The notes: generated by a model from the sequence alone, not told the origin. Counted from the first letter of the stretch, positions 47,785 through 57,703 are shown. The stretch: DNA of 64,000 nucleotides from Patescibacteria group bacterium (GCA_038064195.1 JBBTTO010000002.1:269356-333355); one strand, 5' to 3'. Program-made: numbers and translations.

Positions 47785-49917
47785 ATGAAGTCGCGGCGTG
47801 GTCACTACCGGAAAAAAGGTAAACTCAAACTCAAAAAAAATACCGTTTATACCCTCTTTGCAGTCGGACTCTTTTTGGCCACCGGACTTGTGTTCCTGTC
47901 ATTTATGGGTAATGGTCCGTCTTCGGATCGTATCAATGAAGTGTTGAGTACAAAATTCGGCGGTCTTTCTATCCTTTTTCCCTTTGTCCTCTTTTTCTTT
48001 GCTTTCCTGATGCTTCGTCTTAAGAAGTTTTTTTTGTCCCGGGCAAATGTAGCCTTTGGGTTTTTGGTCTTTTTTGCCTCCTTACTCGGTCTGACACGGG
48101 CAGGTACGGTTGGAGAGGGAATGTTCAGAATTTTTGAGGAGATCCTGACGACAATAGGTGCGGATCTGGTCTTTTTGGCAGGATTTGTCATCGGAATTAT
48201 CGTCTTTTTTGATACCTCAGTTGACGATATAGTCAATGGGGTTAAGGCGTTAGCTGCTAATGCTCATCGTTTGGTGCCTTTAAGCATCTTCAGGAGAGGA
48301 AGCAAAGATGACAAATCACAACTGGATCGCTCCAAGCCGATTACGATTAAAGGCGGGCAGAAAGATATGGCAATAGCAACGAGTAAAGATGGAAATCAGA
48401 CGCCACTTATTAATAAAAAAGAACCTGAAGAGCTGATATCTGCCAAATTAGTCACCAATGTCTTGGGGGATACCGGGAATGGCATCTGGGAGTATCCGTC
48501 ACTCTCACTTCTCAATGAGTCCCCCGGTGCTAAAGCGGAGCGTGGGGATATCAATAAAATTGCCCGTAAGATTGAGGAGACACTGCAGAGTTTTGGCGTT
48601 GAAGCACGTGTGGCTGAGGTGAATTTGGGTCCGGCTGTCACACAGTATGCGCTCGAGCTGGCTCTCGGAACCAAGGTCTCCAAGATCACCTCTCTTGCCA
48701 ATGACCTGGCGTTGGCAACGGAGGCGCCGACAGGGCAGATTCGTATCGAGGCTCCGATCCCGGGGCGCAATTTAGTCGGTATTGAAATACCTAACCGCTC
48801 CCTTGAAGTAGTAACGCTTAGGACCATGCTGGCTTCAAGCGCCATGCAGAAAAGCAAATCCAAACTAGTTATTTCAATGGGACTTGATGTCTCAGGAAAT
48901 CCAATTATTGCTGATATCGCCAAAATGCCTCACGTTTTGGTCGCAGGTACTACCGGGTCAGGTAAATCGGTGCTGGTTAACTCATTTATCTGCTCACTCC
49001 TTTTCCGTGCGTCCCCACAGGAGGTAAAATTAATCCTGATTGATCCGAAGCGTGTCGAGTTCACTTCGTTTAACGGTATTCCTCACTTATTGACACCGGT
49101 TATTGTGGAAGTCGAGAAGATCCTGTCTGCCCTGAAATGGGCGATGGGCGAGATGGACAGGCGTTACAGGCTCTTTGCCGAGCGGGGAGTGCGCAATATC
49201 GAAAGCTACAATGAGCTCTCAGGCTTTCAGGCCCTCCCATATATTGTTATCGTGGTTGATGAGTTGGCAGATTTGATGATGTTTGCCCCGGTTGAGGTTG
49301 AGGATGCTATTGCCAGAATTGCTCAGATGGCCCGTGCTACGGGAATTCATCTGGTCATCGCTACTCAGAGGCCTTCAGTCAATGTCATTACCGGTCTTAT
49401 CAAAGCCAACATCCCGGCTCGTATTGCCTTTAATGTGTCGTCAATGATTGATTCACGGGTCATTATCGATAGTCCGGGAGCTGAGAAGTTACTCGGAAGG
49501 GGAGACATGTTATATATCCCACCGGATCAAGCCAAGCCAACCCGTATCCAGGGAGCATTCGTCTCTGAGAAAGAAGTAAAGAAGTTAGTTGATTTTCTGA
49601 AATCCAACAATTACCCTGTGGAATACACAGAGGAAGTGACCAATCAGCCATTACCTCTTAAAGGGAGAGGGGTTGGGGGAGCATCAGATGGCGGAAAAGA
49701 TCCGATGTTTGAGGAAGTAGTAAGGCTTGTCTGTCAATTTGATACGGCCAGCGCGTCATTCCTGCAGCGTAAGATGTCGATCGGCTACTCACGGGCTGCC
49801 AGGATACTTGATCAACTGGAAGAGGCGGGAATTGTTGGCCATGCTGAAGGGTCCAAGCCACGAGATGTCTTGGTACGTAACGCTGAAGAGTTCCTTACCG
49901 CCTCCCAGCAACAATAA
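47785..49917 (+). CDS. ftsK: DNA translocase FtsK/SpoIIIE
   Basis: 4-TM N-terminus, PHVLVAGTTGSGKS, DELADLM, ATQRPS, GAEKLLGRGDML and a gamma domain. ATG at 47785 follows TTGCGC-17-TATAAT. Confidence 0.96.
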   Translation: MKSRRGHYRKKGKLKLKKNTVYTLFAVGLFLATGLVFLSFMGNGPSSDRINEVLSTKFGGLSILFPFVLFFFAFLMLRLKKFFLSRANVAFGFLVFFASLLGLTRAGTVGEGMFRIFEEILTTIGADLVFLAGFVIGIIVFFDTSVDDIVNGVKALAANAHRLVPLSIFRRGSKDDKSQLDRSKPITIKGGQKDMAIATSKDGNQTPLINKKEPEELISAKLVTNVLGDTGNGIWEYPSLSLLNESPGAKAERGDINKIARKIEETLQSFGVEARVAEVNLGPAVTQYALELALGTKVSKITSLANDLALATEAPTGQIRIEAPIPGRNLVGIEIPNRSLEVVTLRTMLASSAMQKSKSKLVISMGLDVSGNPIIADIAKMPHVLVAGTTGSGKSVLVNSFICSLLFRASPQEVKLILIDPKRVEFTSFNGIPHLLTPVIVEVEKILSALKWAMGEMDRRYRLFAERGVRNIESYNELSGFQALPYIVIVVDELADLMMFAPVEVEDAIARIAQMARATGIHLVIATQRPSVNVITGLIKANIPARIAFNVSSMIDSRVIIDSPGAEKLLGRGDMLYIPPDQAKPTRIQGAFVSEKEVKKLVDFLKSNNYPVEYTEEVTNQPLPLKGRGVGGASDGGKDPMFEEVVRLVCQFDTASASFLQRKMSIGYSRAARILDQLEEAGIVGHAEGSKPRDVLVRNAEEFLTASQQQ

Positions 49918-49928
49918 AGGAAAACACC

Positions 49929-50024
49929 ATGTCATGCTGAACTCGTTTCAGCATCTCATTCAAGTAGATCCTGAAATCCGCTAAAGGGACTACCTTTGCA
50001 AGGGGCGTAAATTCAGGATGACAT
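49929..50024. repeat. REP-like palindromic element with an internal insert
   Basis: ATGTCATGCTGAA...TTCAGCAT and ATCCTGAA...TTCAGGATGACAT arms; ~30 nt of extra sequence inside the second arm. Confidence 0.65.
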
Positions 50025-50032
50025 TAATTTTT

Positions 50033-50671
50033 ATGATTAGACTCGGACAGAAACTCAGAGAAGCTCGAATGGCAAAAGGCCTTTCGCTTGAGGAAGTTGC
50101 TCAGGCAACTAAGATCAGGTCCTCATTCTTGGCATCAATTGAACGCAGTGATTACCATAAATTGCCTTCAAGCTCGTACGCGCTTGGCTTTGTGCAAAAC
50201 TACGCAGAATATCTGGGTTTGCCGCGAAAAGAGACTCTGGCTCTTTTCAGGCGGGAATTTGATACTGAAAAAGCGTATAAAGTCCTCCCTGAAGGCTTTG
50301 TCAAAGATGAGTCCATGCCAAAAAGGCGCTTTAAGATACAGCAGGCTTTTTTTCTGGTAGTTGTCGCACTCGTGTTCCTTGGTGGGTTTTTGCTCTATCA
50401 ATATCGGGCAGCTTTTATTAATCCTCCTTTAACTGTGACCTCGCCTAAAGAAGGGAATACAGTCGGTGCAGATGTCTTAGTCAGCGGGAAGACAGATCCC
50501 AATGTAAGTCTGAGTATCAACAATACGCCTGTTGCGGTAAGTGATGACGGAGAATTTTCAAAAACCATCACGACTTTCCCCGGCAAAGCGGCAATTACGG
50601 TGCGTGCACTGAATAGCTTTGGCAAAGAGACAGTCATCATCAGACAAATTCAGGTGCGATCCAGTCCCTGA
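50033..50671 (+). CDS. RodZ-like HTH-TM protein with C-terminal Ig-like domain
   Basis: GQKLREAR...TKIR...IE...LP...GFVQNYAEYLGL HTH followed by a TM helix; adjacent to ftsK. Confidence 0.85.
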   Translation: MIRLGQKLREARMAKGLSLEEVAQATKIRSSFLASIERSDYHKLPSSSYALGFVQNYAEYLGLPRKETLALFRREFDTEKAYKVLPEGFVKDESMPKRRFKIQQAFFLVVVALVFLGGFLLYQYRAAFINPPLTVTSPKEGNTVGADVLVSGKTDPNVSLSINNTPVAVSDDGEFSKTITTFPGKAAITVRALNSFGKETVIIRQIQVRSSP

Positions 50672-50760
50672 CCTGCTTAATCCGGATTTGATCGGGTAAA
50701 TCAGAGTTGACACTCATGTATATTTTGGAGTAATCTAGTCTATATCCTGGAAATAGCAAT

Positions 50761-51051
50761 ATGATTGATTCGGTACAGCTTATCCTTTTTATCGTTATCG
50801 TCGTTCTGACTGTCTTACTGGTTGTGCTTGGCTTTCAAGTCTATTTCATCCTTAAAGAACTTCGCAGAACTCTGCAAAAGGCGAATAAAGTACTTGATGA
50901 TACAGGCACTATCACTGAGGGTATCTCCAAACCCATTTCTTCACTCTCCTCACTGAGTTTGGGTGGGCTGAAGGCAGGGTCGATACTCAGTGTGGCAAAA
51001 GTTATCAAAGGACTGCTCGCAAAAGATGATGACGATAAGCACAAGGAGTAA
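50761..51051 (+). CDS. Small TM plus coiled-coil protein (DUF948/YoxC-like)
   Basis: N-terminal TM helix then an amphipathic helix; precedes a YtxH-like gene. Confidence 0.65.
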   Translation: MIDSVQLILFIVIVVLTVLLVVLGFQVYFILKELRRTLQKANKVLDDTGTITEGISKPISSLSSLSLGGLKAGSILSVAKVIKGLLAKDDDDKHKE

Positions 51052-51054
51052 TAT

Positions 51055-51510
51055 ATGCACGATCGACAAGAGCAAAACGGTAGCTCTTTTAACACGTTCC
51101 TTTTCGGTATCCTCATAGGTGTTCTCGCGACTCTGCTTTTTACGACCAAAAAAGGCCGTAGACTTTTAAAAGTTATCACTGATGAGAGTGTCGATCGCCT
51201 CAGTAAATGGGAAGATATGGTTAAGACCATGCAGGAGCATATTGATGAAGACGTTGAAGATGAATCAGTGATGGGGGAGGAAGTGCCAAAGATAGCTCCT
51301 CCGTCACATACTGAGAAAATCGAAATAGATGACGAAGAACCTACCTCAGAGATGCCGGATGTTGATGAGCTGCCGCACATCAAAATCGATAAGTTAGAAA
51401 CCTCACTTCGCTCAAAGAGCTCCGAGGGGCAAGAAGAAGAAAAAGTTGAGGAAGCATCCGTGAAAAAGCCTCGCCGCCTGTTCAAAGGCATCCGCAAGAA
51501 GTCTGCTTAA
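51055..51510 (+). CDS. YtxH-like protein
   Basis: FLFGILIGVLATLLFTTKKGRRL motif; acidic remainder. Confidence 0.65.
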   Translation: MHDRQEQNGSSFNTFLFGILIGVLATLLFTTKKGRRLLKVITDESVDRLSKWEDMVKTMQEHIDEDVEDESVMGEEVPKIAPPSHTEKIEIDDEEPTSEMPDVDELPHIKIDKLETSLRSKSSEGQEEEKVEEASVKKPRRLFKGIRKKSA

Positions 51511-51521
51511 TTTAAGATTTT

Positions 51522-51959
51522 TCACCATCCACTTGTAGAAAATGCAGTATGTGAATTGTAATTATTTAATGCTTCCTTAATATGTGGTAAGAGATTGTCG
51601 GGTAGATTCTTGAGTGAAAACCAGCTTAAATCGTCACATTTATCAGGCTCACCGATAGACGGCTCACCCTCCCATTCCCTAGTTACATAAAAGAAATCAA
51701 CATATTCGCTATCGGTAGATTTTCTATGAAGAACTGTTGCCGGTATTAGTTGATGGTTATCAATCTTTATATTTGCTTCTTCAAAAGCTTCACGAATCAT
51801 TGCTTCATTTACAGTCTCATTACCATCCAGATGCCCGGATATAAGACTGTACATGCCGTCCATCCAGCCCGTGTTTTTTCTCCTTGCTAGTAGTATCTCC
51901 TGACCCCGCATCGGCATTAGATAGACAGCTGATCTTAGTTCAAATCGAGAAGACTGCAT
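51522..51959 (-). CDS. NUDIX hydrolase
   Basis: GHLDGNETVNEAMIREAFEEAN Nudix box and EPDKC motif. Start set at ATG 51959. Confidence 0.9.
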   Translation of the reverse strand: MQSSRFELRSAVYLMPMRGQEILLARRKNTGWMDGMYSLISGHLDGNETVNEAMIREAFEEANIKIDNHQLIPATVLHRKSTDSEYVDFFYVTREWEGEPSIGEPDKCDDLSWFSLKNLPDNLLPHIKEALNNYNSHTAFSTSGW

Positions 51960-52016
51960 AATCGGAATTATACTACTTAATTCATCCAAAAGCTCACATA
52001 ACTCGGATCTCAATAA

Positions 52017-52235
52017 TTACTTTTTACTGATAAATTTAAAACGAGTAACTTTTTCTCCATTAACCACTACTTCTTCTAAAAACATTTTTTTTGGTCTTAC
52101 CCATAGCTTACTTCTTGGATTCTCATAGAGACATTCATAGACAACCAGATCTTCCAGAGTTTCTGAGTGCTTTGCTATTCCAATTACTTTATAAAAGTTC
52201 CTGGTTTTGGAATGCTGATATTTGCCAAGTTTCAT
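52017..52235 (-). CDS. DUF1653 family protein
   Basis: GKYQH...YKVIGIAKHSETLEDLVVY...LWVRP...RF pattern. Confidence 0.88.
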   Translation of the reverse strand: MKLGKYQHSKTRNFYKVIGIAKHSETLEDLVVYECLYENPRSKLWVRPKKMFLEEVVVNGEKVTRFKFISKK

Positions 52236-53188
52236 AGGCCGTATTTGCGGATGTTGGCGTTGTGTTGCTCAAGCGTTGTAGCGTAATGATTGATGAGATT
52301 TTTATCCGTAATGTAATAGAGATAGTTGGTATCAGACGGATTGGCAGCTGCCTGGAGAGAAGACAGACCGGGACTGGCGATAGGGCCAGGCGGGAGGCCC
52401 GGCTGGCGATAGGTATTATACGGAGACGACACTTGGACCTCAGCTAAAGTCAGATTATTTCTCCACCACGTTCCCTGGGATTGATCATAGCCTAAAGCGT
52501 ATTGCACTGTCGCATCGATCTGGAGTGCCATACCCAGATCAAGTCTGTTATGGAGCACGCTTGAGATAAGCGGTCTATCCTGAGGGTGGCGAGCCTCGCG
52601 CTCGATAAGTGACGCGAGTGTCACGATCTGGTTTTGTGACAGGGTAGTGCGCGAAGTATCTACCTGTTCGTATTTCTGGTCAAAGGTAGTTGTCAGGATT
52701 TTAACAATTGTTGCGATATCGGCATCATGGGGTATCTGATAAGTATCAGGGAAGAGATAGCCTTCATGCTGATCCAACTCTGCCTGCCAGGACGGGTCAT
52801 AGTTACTCAACTTGTCTTTAAGAATTTCCGCAACTTCTTCAGCTCTTTTGCCCTCAGGGATCGTGACCCAGGCATCCTCAGTCCCCTTCGTCAGACTTTC
52901 GGCAATTTGCCTGCTTGAGAGTGAAGGAGATAAGCGGAACTGACCTGCCTGGATTTTCTTCTCAAGACCCAGCTGCTTGACCATCAGGGTAAATACCAGC
53001 GTATTTTTGATGAGATGTTGTTTTTTGAGCTCTGTCGCAATGGCTTTGATACCGCTTCCGGGTTGGATGGTAAAAGTGACAGCCTGCGTATTACTGGGGT
53101 CTACGGGAGAGAGGGTATACCCCCACCAGAAAAAGGCGGCAACTCCTAAGATGATAAGTACGATGACCAGACCGCTTACTTTACGCAT
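52232..53188 (-). CDS. mltG: Endolytic transglycosylase MltG
   Basis: TIPEG, EGYLFPDTY, ASLIERE, LQIDATVQY and SPYNTY...GLPPGPI motifs. Start set at ATG 53188. Confidence 0.95.
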   Translation of the reverse strand: MRKVSGLVIVLIILGVAAFFWWGYTLSPVDPSNTQAVTFTIQPGSGIKAIATELKKQHLIKNTLVFTLMVKQLGLEKKIQAGQFRLSPSLSSRQIAESLTKGTEDAWVTIPEGKRAEEVAEILKDKLSNYDPSWQAELDQHEGYLFPDTYQIPHDADIATIVKILTTTFDQKYEQVDTSRTTLSQNQIVTLASLIEREARHPQDRPLISSVLHNRLDLGMALQIDATVQYALGYDQSQGTWWRNNLTLAEVQVSSPYNTYRQPGLPPGPIASPGLSSLQAAANPSDTNYLYYITDKNLINHYATTLEQHNANIRKYGL

Positions 53189-54455
53189 AGTAGAGAAGGG
53201 GGAAGTTAGTCGTTGAGTCTTTTGCTTCCTTGAGTGCATATTCCGACGTCGTATGGAGTGTATAGAGCGCATGGCCTTTCGTCACCTTCTCTCCGATTTT
53301 TTTATCTAAGTAAATACCGGCTTTTTTGTTATCAGGCGCACCTAATATCTTAGCAATAACGGTGGCATTTTTGCTATTGATTTTTTTGACAGTACCGTTT
53401 TTCTTGGCAATCACCTGATACGTATATTTGCCGGGGTGTAGCCTTTCACTGGTGATCGTAGGGTCGCCGTTTTGGGCTTTGATAATCCCCTGCATTTTAT
53501 CAAGTGCCTTACCTGTAGCCAGGAGACTGCGAGCCCATTCATGTCCCCCGCCATATTCTTTCATGATATGATCACGAACTGTCCTGGACGCATCTTCCAG
53601 ACACAGGTTAAGCAAAGTTCCGGCTAAATTAAGGGCGCGCTCCTCAAGGTCAAAGGGTCGATTGGGTTTTTGTTCGAGGACCATAAGGGACTCTCGTGAT
53701 TCAAGCAGTGGGCCTATCCCCCGCCCTGCTGGTTCGTCAGTTTTATGCATAAGTACTCGCAATTTAATCTTAAAACGCTTAGCTAATTTCTCAAATTTCT
53801 CTTTAAGAATTGCCGCGTCAGCTTCCTTGTGCACTTTGACCATCTCACCATACGGCAGATCGATAACGACATGAGTAGCACCAAAAGCGACCTTTTTGGC
53901 CATAATCGAGACAAGGATTTTATCATAACTTTCAAAGGATAGCGGCTCTTCTACTTTAATGATAATGTCATCAGCCGGCGCGATATTGAAGCTGCCTCCC
54001 CAGACAATACAGCCTTTGGTTTTGTCGATGATTTTATAAATCTCTTCTTTAGTAAATTCAACATCAGCTAAGACTTCCATATCATCAGCTGTGCCGCCGG
54101 GAGTAGTTATAGCACGACTGGAGCTTTTAGGTATGGTAAAGCCGGCCGCGGCGATGATGGGGACTACGATCATCGTTGTACGGGTGCCGGGGACACCGCC
54201 TATGGAGTGCTTATCAGCCACAATCCCTTTGAAATGGAGTCGCTCTCCTGTCTCGACCATTGCCTTGGTCAGAAAAAAAATTTCCTCCCCAGAAAAGCCC
54301 TTGGAGTAGCCTGAAGCGGCAAAGTAGGTCGTCAATACATCCCCAAGTCTTTTGTGGGAAATTTCATCCATGATCGCGTAAATCTCTTTGTAGGTGAGGC
54401 TTTTACCGACTAATTTTTTTTGAATTGCCTGTAAGGCAAGTGCCATTTCATCCAT
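53181..54455 (-). CDS. AMP phosphorylase-like (archaeal-type thymidine/NMP phosphorylase family), N-terminal domain absent
   Basis: DKHSIGGVPG, IPKSSSRAITTPGGTAD, APADD, SIMAKK, GRGIGPLLE and GAP...AGI motifs. Confidence 0.85.
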   Translation of the reverse strand: MDEMALALQAIQKKLVGKSLTYKEIYAIMDEISHKRLGDVLTTYFAASGYSKGFSGEEIFFLTKAMVETGERLHFKGIVADKHSIGGVPGTRTTMIVVPIIAAAGFTIPKSSSRAITTPGGTADDMEVLADVEFTKEEIYKIIDKTKGCIVWGGSFNIAPADDIIIKVEEPLSFESYDKILVSIMAKKVAFGATHVVIDLPYGEMVKVHKEADAAILKEKFEKLAKRFKIKLRVLMHKTDEPAGRGIGPLLESRESLMVLEQKPNRPFDLEERALNLAGTLLNLCLEDASRTVRDHIMKEYGGGHEWARSLLATGKALDKMQGIIKAQNGDPTITSERLHPGKYTYQVIAKKNGTVKKINSKNATVIAKILGAPDNKKAGIYLDKKIGEKVTKGHALYTLHTTSEYALKEAKDSTTNFPLLYYA

Positions 54456-54457
54456 AA

Positions 54458-54601
54458 TCAGAAAGTTCCTTTAATTTGTTCGATGCTCATTTTGACAATT
54501 GTTTTGACGAGGTTGATGAGAAAATAAACTCCACCATTGATTATCCGGTAGACAGTCGGCCAGATTAATTTGAGTAAGGCGTAAAGTTTTTCTTTCGTCA
54601 T
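54458..54601 (-). CDS. Small 47-aa amphipathic protein (not in ORF track)
   Basis: MTKEKLYALLKLIWPTVYRIINGGVYFLINLVKTIVKMSIEQIKGTF fills the sortase-phosphorylase gap and stops 2 nt before the next ATG. Confidence 0.55.
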   Translation of the reverse strand: MTKEKLYALLKLIWPTVYRIINGGVYFLINLVKTIVKMSIEQIKGTF

Positions 54602-54621
54602 TTGTTTTTAGTCATTGGTCA

Positions 54622-55356
54622 TTAGTTACCGGTTGGCCTTACAATCCGTGCTTTGATAAGCAACCTCTTCCAGGTAGTACCCGGAGGTGTACATGTAACT
54701 AATGTCAGATAATTATCATCGTAATTTTGTTCGAAAACTGTCGTATCTAAGGGACTTGTGATCGTGATAGCGTACACTTTGTAGGTATATTTGAGATGAT
54801 CCACTGTTAACTCAACCTCATCGCCTACCTCCATAGTATGAGCATAAGCAAATATCGTACGATAGTCTCTTTCTTTGTAAAGTTGAGGAAGTGTCGAATG
54901 TCCGAAAATCACCGCGTTGCCTTTGCTCGGCGGTACGGCAGTACCCCCATACTGGACCAGATGAGTCGATAAGTCGTTATCAATCGTTGAGACTTCAGCA
55001 TCAATAATTTTTAATCGGGGGATTGTGATTGCGTAATGAGTAACCGCTACATCAGTATGTGCTTGCTGGATACTGGGGTACCAGTTTTTGGCGTTAGTGT
55101 AATCTACGCCGGTGAGTGAATCAGTCGTGGCCTGGAGAAGATCCCGGAATGAGGATTCATTGAGCATACTTGTCTTAGGGATAGGTGCTGCTATATTAGC
55201 TGAGGCAAAGACCGGCCTAAGATAGATTTGAAAGGCAAGGAGAGGGAACGCGAAGTACGCTACCATCACGAAGCCTATAGCACACATGATAAGTCCAAGC
55301 AACCGGAAATACTTCCGAGCCGAACGGTTATGTCTTTTAGTATAGATTTTACTCAT
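54622..55356 (-). CDS. Sortase (class D/E-like)
   Basis: TM helix, GNAVIFGHS, LTLVTC and RLLI give the catalytic His/Cys/Arg. ATG at 55356 overlaps the upstream stop. Confidence 0.9.
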   Translation of the reverse strand: MSKIYTKRHNRSARKYFRLLGLIMCAIGFVMVAYFAFPLLAFQIYLRPVFASANIAAPIPKTSMLNESSFRDLLQATTDSLTGVDYTNAKNWYPSIQQAHTDVAVTHYAITIPRLKIIDAEVSTIDNDLSTHLVQYGGTAVPPSKGNAVIFGHSTLPQLYKERDYRTIFAYAHTMEVGDEVELTVDHLKYTYKVYAITITSPLDTTVFEQNYDDNYLTLVTCTPPGTTWKRLLIKARIVRPTGN

Positions 55357-57703
55357 TGGTTTCCAGGACGATAGTGATATTCCTGGCAAAGCGCGGAAGA
55401 AGTGAGGGGAGGAAAGGAATACGGGGCGAGAGAACAATATCTGCACTTGTCACCTGCGGTATGGTCTTTAAGTAATCCTCTGCGTCTGTGAAGGATTTAC
55501 CGACAAGGCTTTCGACAAGAGTGTCTTTTTCAAGTTTGGGCAATAGTCCTGCTTTCATCACTAATGTGGCTGAGGCATCGTTATTTTTGCCCGGTTTTAT
55601 ATCAGTAAGTTCTGCCTGAATGCCTTTATCAGAGATAGCTAAGTCCTGATCATATTTGCCGTTAAGAGCTCCTTTGGCAATTTCATTAAGATCTGACGTG
55701 TCATATTCGATTGTCGTAAAGACGACAGTCCCTTTTATCGTCACTTTTTTGGCTTCTTCTCCTACATCCTTATCAATCGATTTTTTGCTGATCGTGACAC
55801 TCGTAAAGCCCGGGATAATAGTTTGAGTCGAGTCAGCTTTCTCTTTCAGTGCATCGCGTGCCTTATCCTGAAGATCTTTTGGGAGATTGGTGGTGAGTGT
55901 GTCGATATCTTTTTTGGCAACGACTGTAACTGTTTTTTTCGTACCGCCTGAGAATGCACTGTCATTTTTACCCGCCACGCCACTTACGCCCGTAACAGTA
56001 AATTTGGTGTTTGAAGGTAAATTGGATTCGGTTCCGATAGCTTTGGCTGTCACGCCTACCTGTGTAGTTCCTGGTTTGGTACCTGAGAAAATATCCCCTG
56101 ATGCAGATGCGATAATTGCCTCTTTATCTGTTGTAAAATCAAGATTATTAGATGAGGTGAGTACAGTTCCTGCAGGGACTGTGCGTTTGCCATCACTGTT
56201 GTTATAAAGAGTAATTGTTCCTTTGGCTTTGTCGCCAACATCTTTTTTACCGGTAGCATCAGTTGATGCGCTACCGTCGAGTGAAGTCTCGACTTCTTTA
56301 GCTGCCAGAATTTTTTGTGAGAGATCATTGGAAGAATCGGTACGAAGCGTAATCTCAGTTGACTCATCCAGGTCTTTGGTCTGCATATGCAGTGTGACTG
56401 TGGCTTTGAGTGAGTAAAGATAAAAGGCTCCCGCTCCGAGTATGATGATAATGATCAGCGGAATAATGACGAGCCATTTATTAAAACTCATGCCTGCAGT
56501 TTTTTTGAGGGGATTAAGCGATCCGATTACTGACATGACTGATCCTAGGATAGCACTAAATTTGGAATCTCCGGTCTTTTCCTCAGCATTTTCCTCCTGT
56601 CGGACATGAGTAAAGTTATCTATACGGGGAGTATGCGGTGTGTGATGGCTAAAGGAGGCTGTTGCTTCCTCAGTGTTTTTAGTAAGAATGGGGCCGGATT
56701 TTGAAGTTGAGGGAACCGATGAGATATCTTTACCCATCACAAAACCGAAATTGTCTCCATCCCTGGTAATCTCTGCTTCGTCATTTTCTGCCTTCGTAGC
56801 TTTATTATCCTCGCTTTTCTCTCCGTTAGCTTTTTCATCTAAGTCTTTACTCTCTTTTTTTGTCGGATGTTTCCCCCCCTCCGGAACTGATGATGATTTT
56901 TCTTCGTCACCTTCAAGCGTGACGACTTTAATATCGCCAAGCTCCCTTAGTACTGAAAAGCCCATTTGTTCGGCTGCGCCGTAGACCATAGCTTTGTTGT
57001 CAAATCCTTCGGGCAAGACTGAGACTTGGGGTACATGCAGGAAGGGAATACTTTTACTCCAGTGGTGCGCGATAAATTCCTGAGCCTCTTTGTCGACACT
57101 TCCGCCGTTAAAAAGAATAAGGCGTGAAGGCAGGACATCGATTGAGAAATGGTGGAGCAGCCGGTCAACTGTCTTTGGCAGTGATTCTTCGATCGGACTG
57201 CTGTATGTCTCAAGTATTTTCCCGGCGCGGAAGAGGCTGAGGGTGACCTCAGTCTTGCCGAGTTCTGCCAGGATGGCTGAGAGGGGAGCGCCCTCTTCTT
57301 CAGTCAATAAGTGAGAGATTGCCTCACTGATGACCATAAAGCCGATCGGCTCCAGGGAAAGTGAATCACAAATCTTTTTGAGCTTAGAGAGATAGTCTTT
57401 TTTGATTTTTTTCTCTTCAACCCAGCTTTCTTTGACGCCGAAGACTGTTTTTTCAGTCTCAATATTAGGCGGAAGACTGTTCTCAGCTTTACTGATTGTT
57501 TTATCTAGCGTATCGAGTAACTCGTCTAAATCGATTTCCTCAAGTGGAGTTGAAAACGCAGTCTCGTTTTGTCCGACAATTTCGAGCTTGCCCCCTCCTT
57601 CTTTAAGAATCACAGCTGCAGCCTTATCATCTCTCAGGAGGAGAGCTAAATAGTAATTAGACGGACTCTTTTTGCTGAAAAGTGAGGGTACTGGCAGCTT
57701 CAT
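55349..57703 (-). CDS. FtsA/PilM-like N-domain, TM helix and baseplate-J-like C-terminal domain fusion
   Basis: N-terminal pattern resembling an actin-fold protein, acidic linker and TM helix, then KAKGTITLYN...VPAGTVL...F...VTAKAIGTESN...FSGG. Start set at ATG 57703. Confidence 0.6.
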   Translation of the reverse strand: MKLPVPSLFSKKSPSNYYLALLLRDDKAAAVILKEGGGKLEIVGQNETAFSTPLEEIDLDELLDTLDKTISKAENSLPPNIETEKTVFGVKESWVEEKKIKKDYLSKLKKICDSLSLEPIGFMVISEAISHLLTEEEGAPLSAILAELGKTEVTLSLFRAGKILETYSSPIEESLPKTVDRLLHHFSIDVLPSRLILFNGGSVDKEAQEFIAHHWSKSIPFLHVPQVSVLPEGFDNKAMVYGAAEQMGFSVLRELGDIKVVTLEGDEEKSSSVPEGGKHPTKKESKDLDEKANGEKSEDNKATKAENDEAEITRDGDNFGFVMGKDISSVPSTSKSGPILTKNTEEATASFSHHTPHTPRIDNFTHVRQEENAEEKTGDSKFSAILGSVMSVIGSLNPLKKTAGMSFNKWLVIIPLIIIIILGAGAFYLYSLKATVTLHMQTKDLDESTEITLRTDSSNDLSQKILAAKEVETSLDGSASTDATGKKDVGDKAKGTITLYNNSDGKRTVPAGTVLTSSNNLDFTTDKEAIIASASGDIFSGTKPGTTQVGVTAKAIGTESNLPSNTKFTVTGVSGVAGKNDSAFSGGTKKTVTVVAKKDIDTLTTNLPKDLQDKARDALKEKADSTQTIIPGFTSVTISKKSIDKDVGEEAKKVTIKGTVVFTTIEYDTSDLNEIAKGALNGKYDQDLAISDKGIQAELTDIKPGKNNDASATLVMKAGLLPKLEKDTLVESLVGKSFTDAEDYLKTIPQVTSADIVLSPRIPFLPSLLPRFARNITIVLETNE

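Noticed and set aside
55349-57703. Prophage suggested by the baseplate-J-like domain
   Set aside because: The protein has a TM helix, sits among housekeeping genes, and has no other phage genes nearby.
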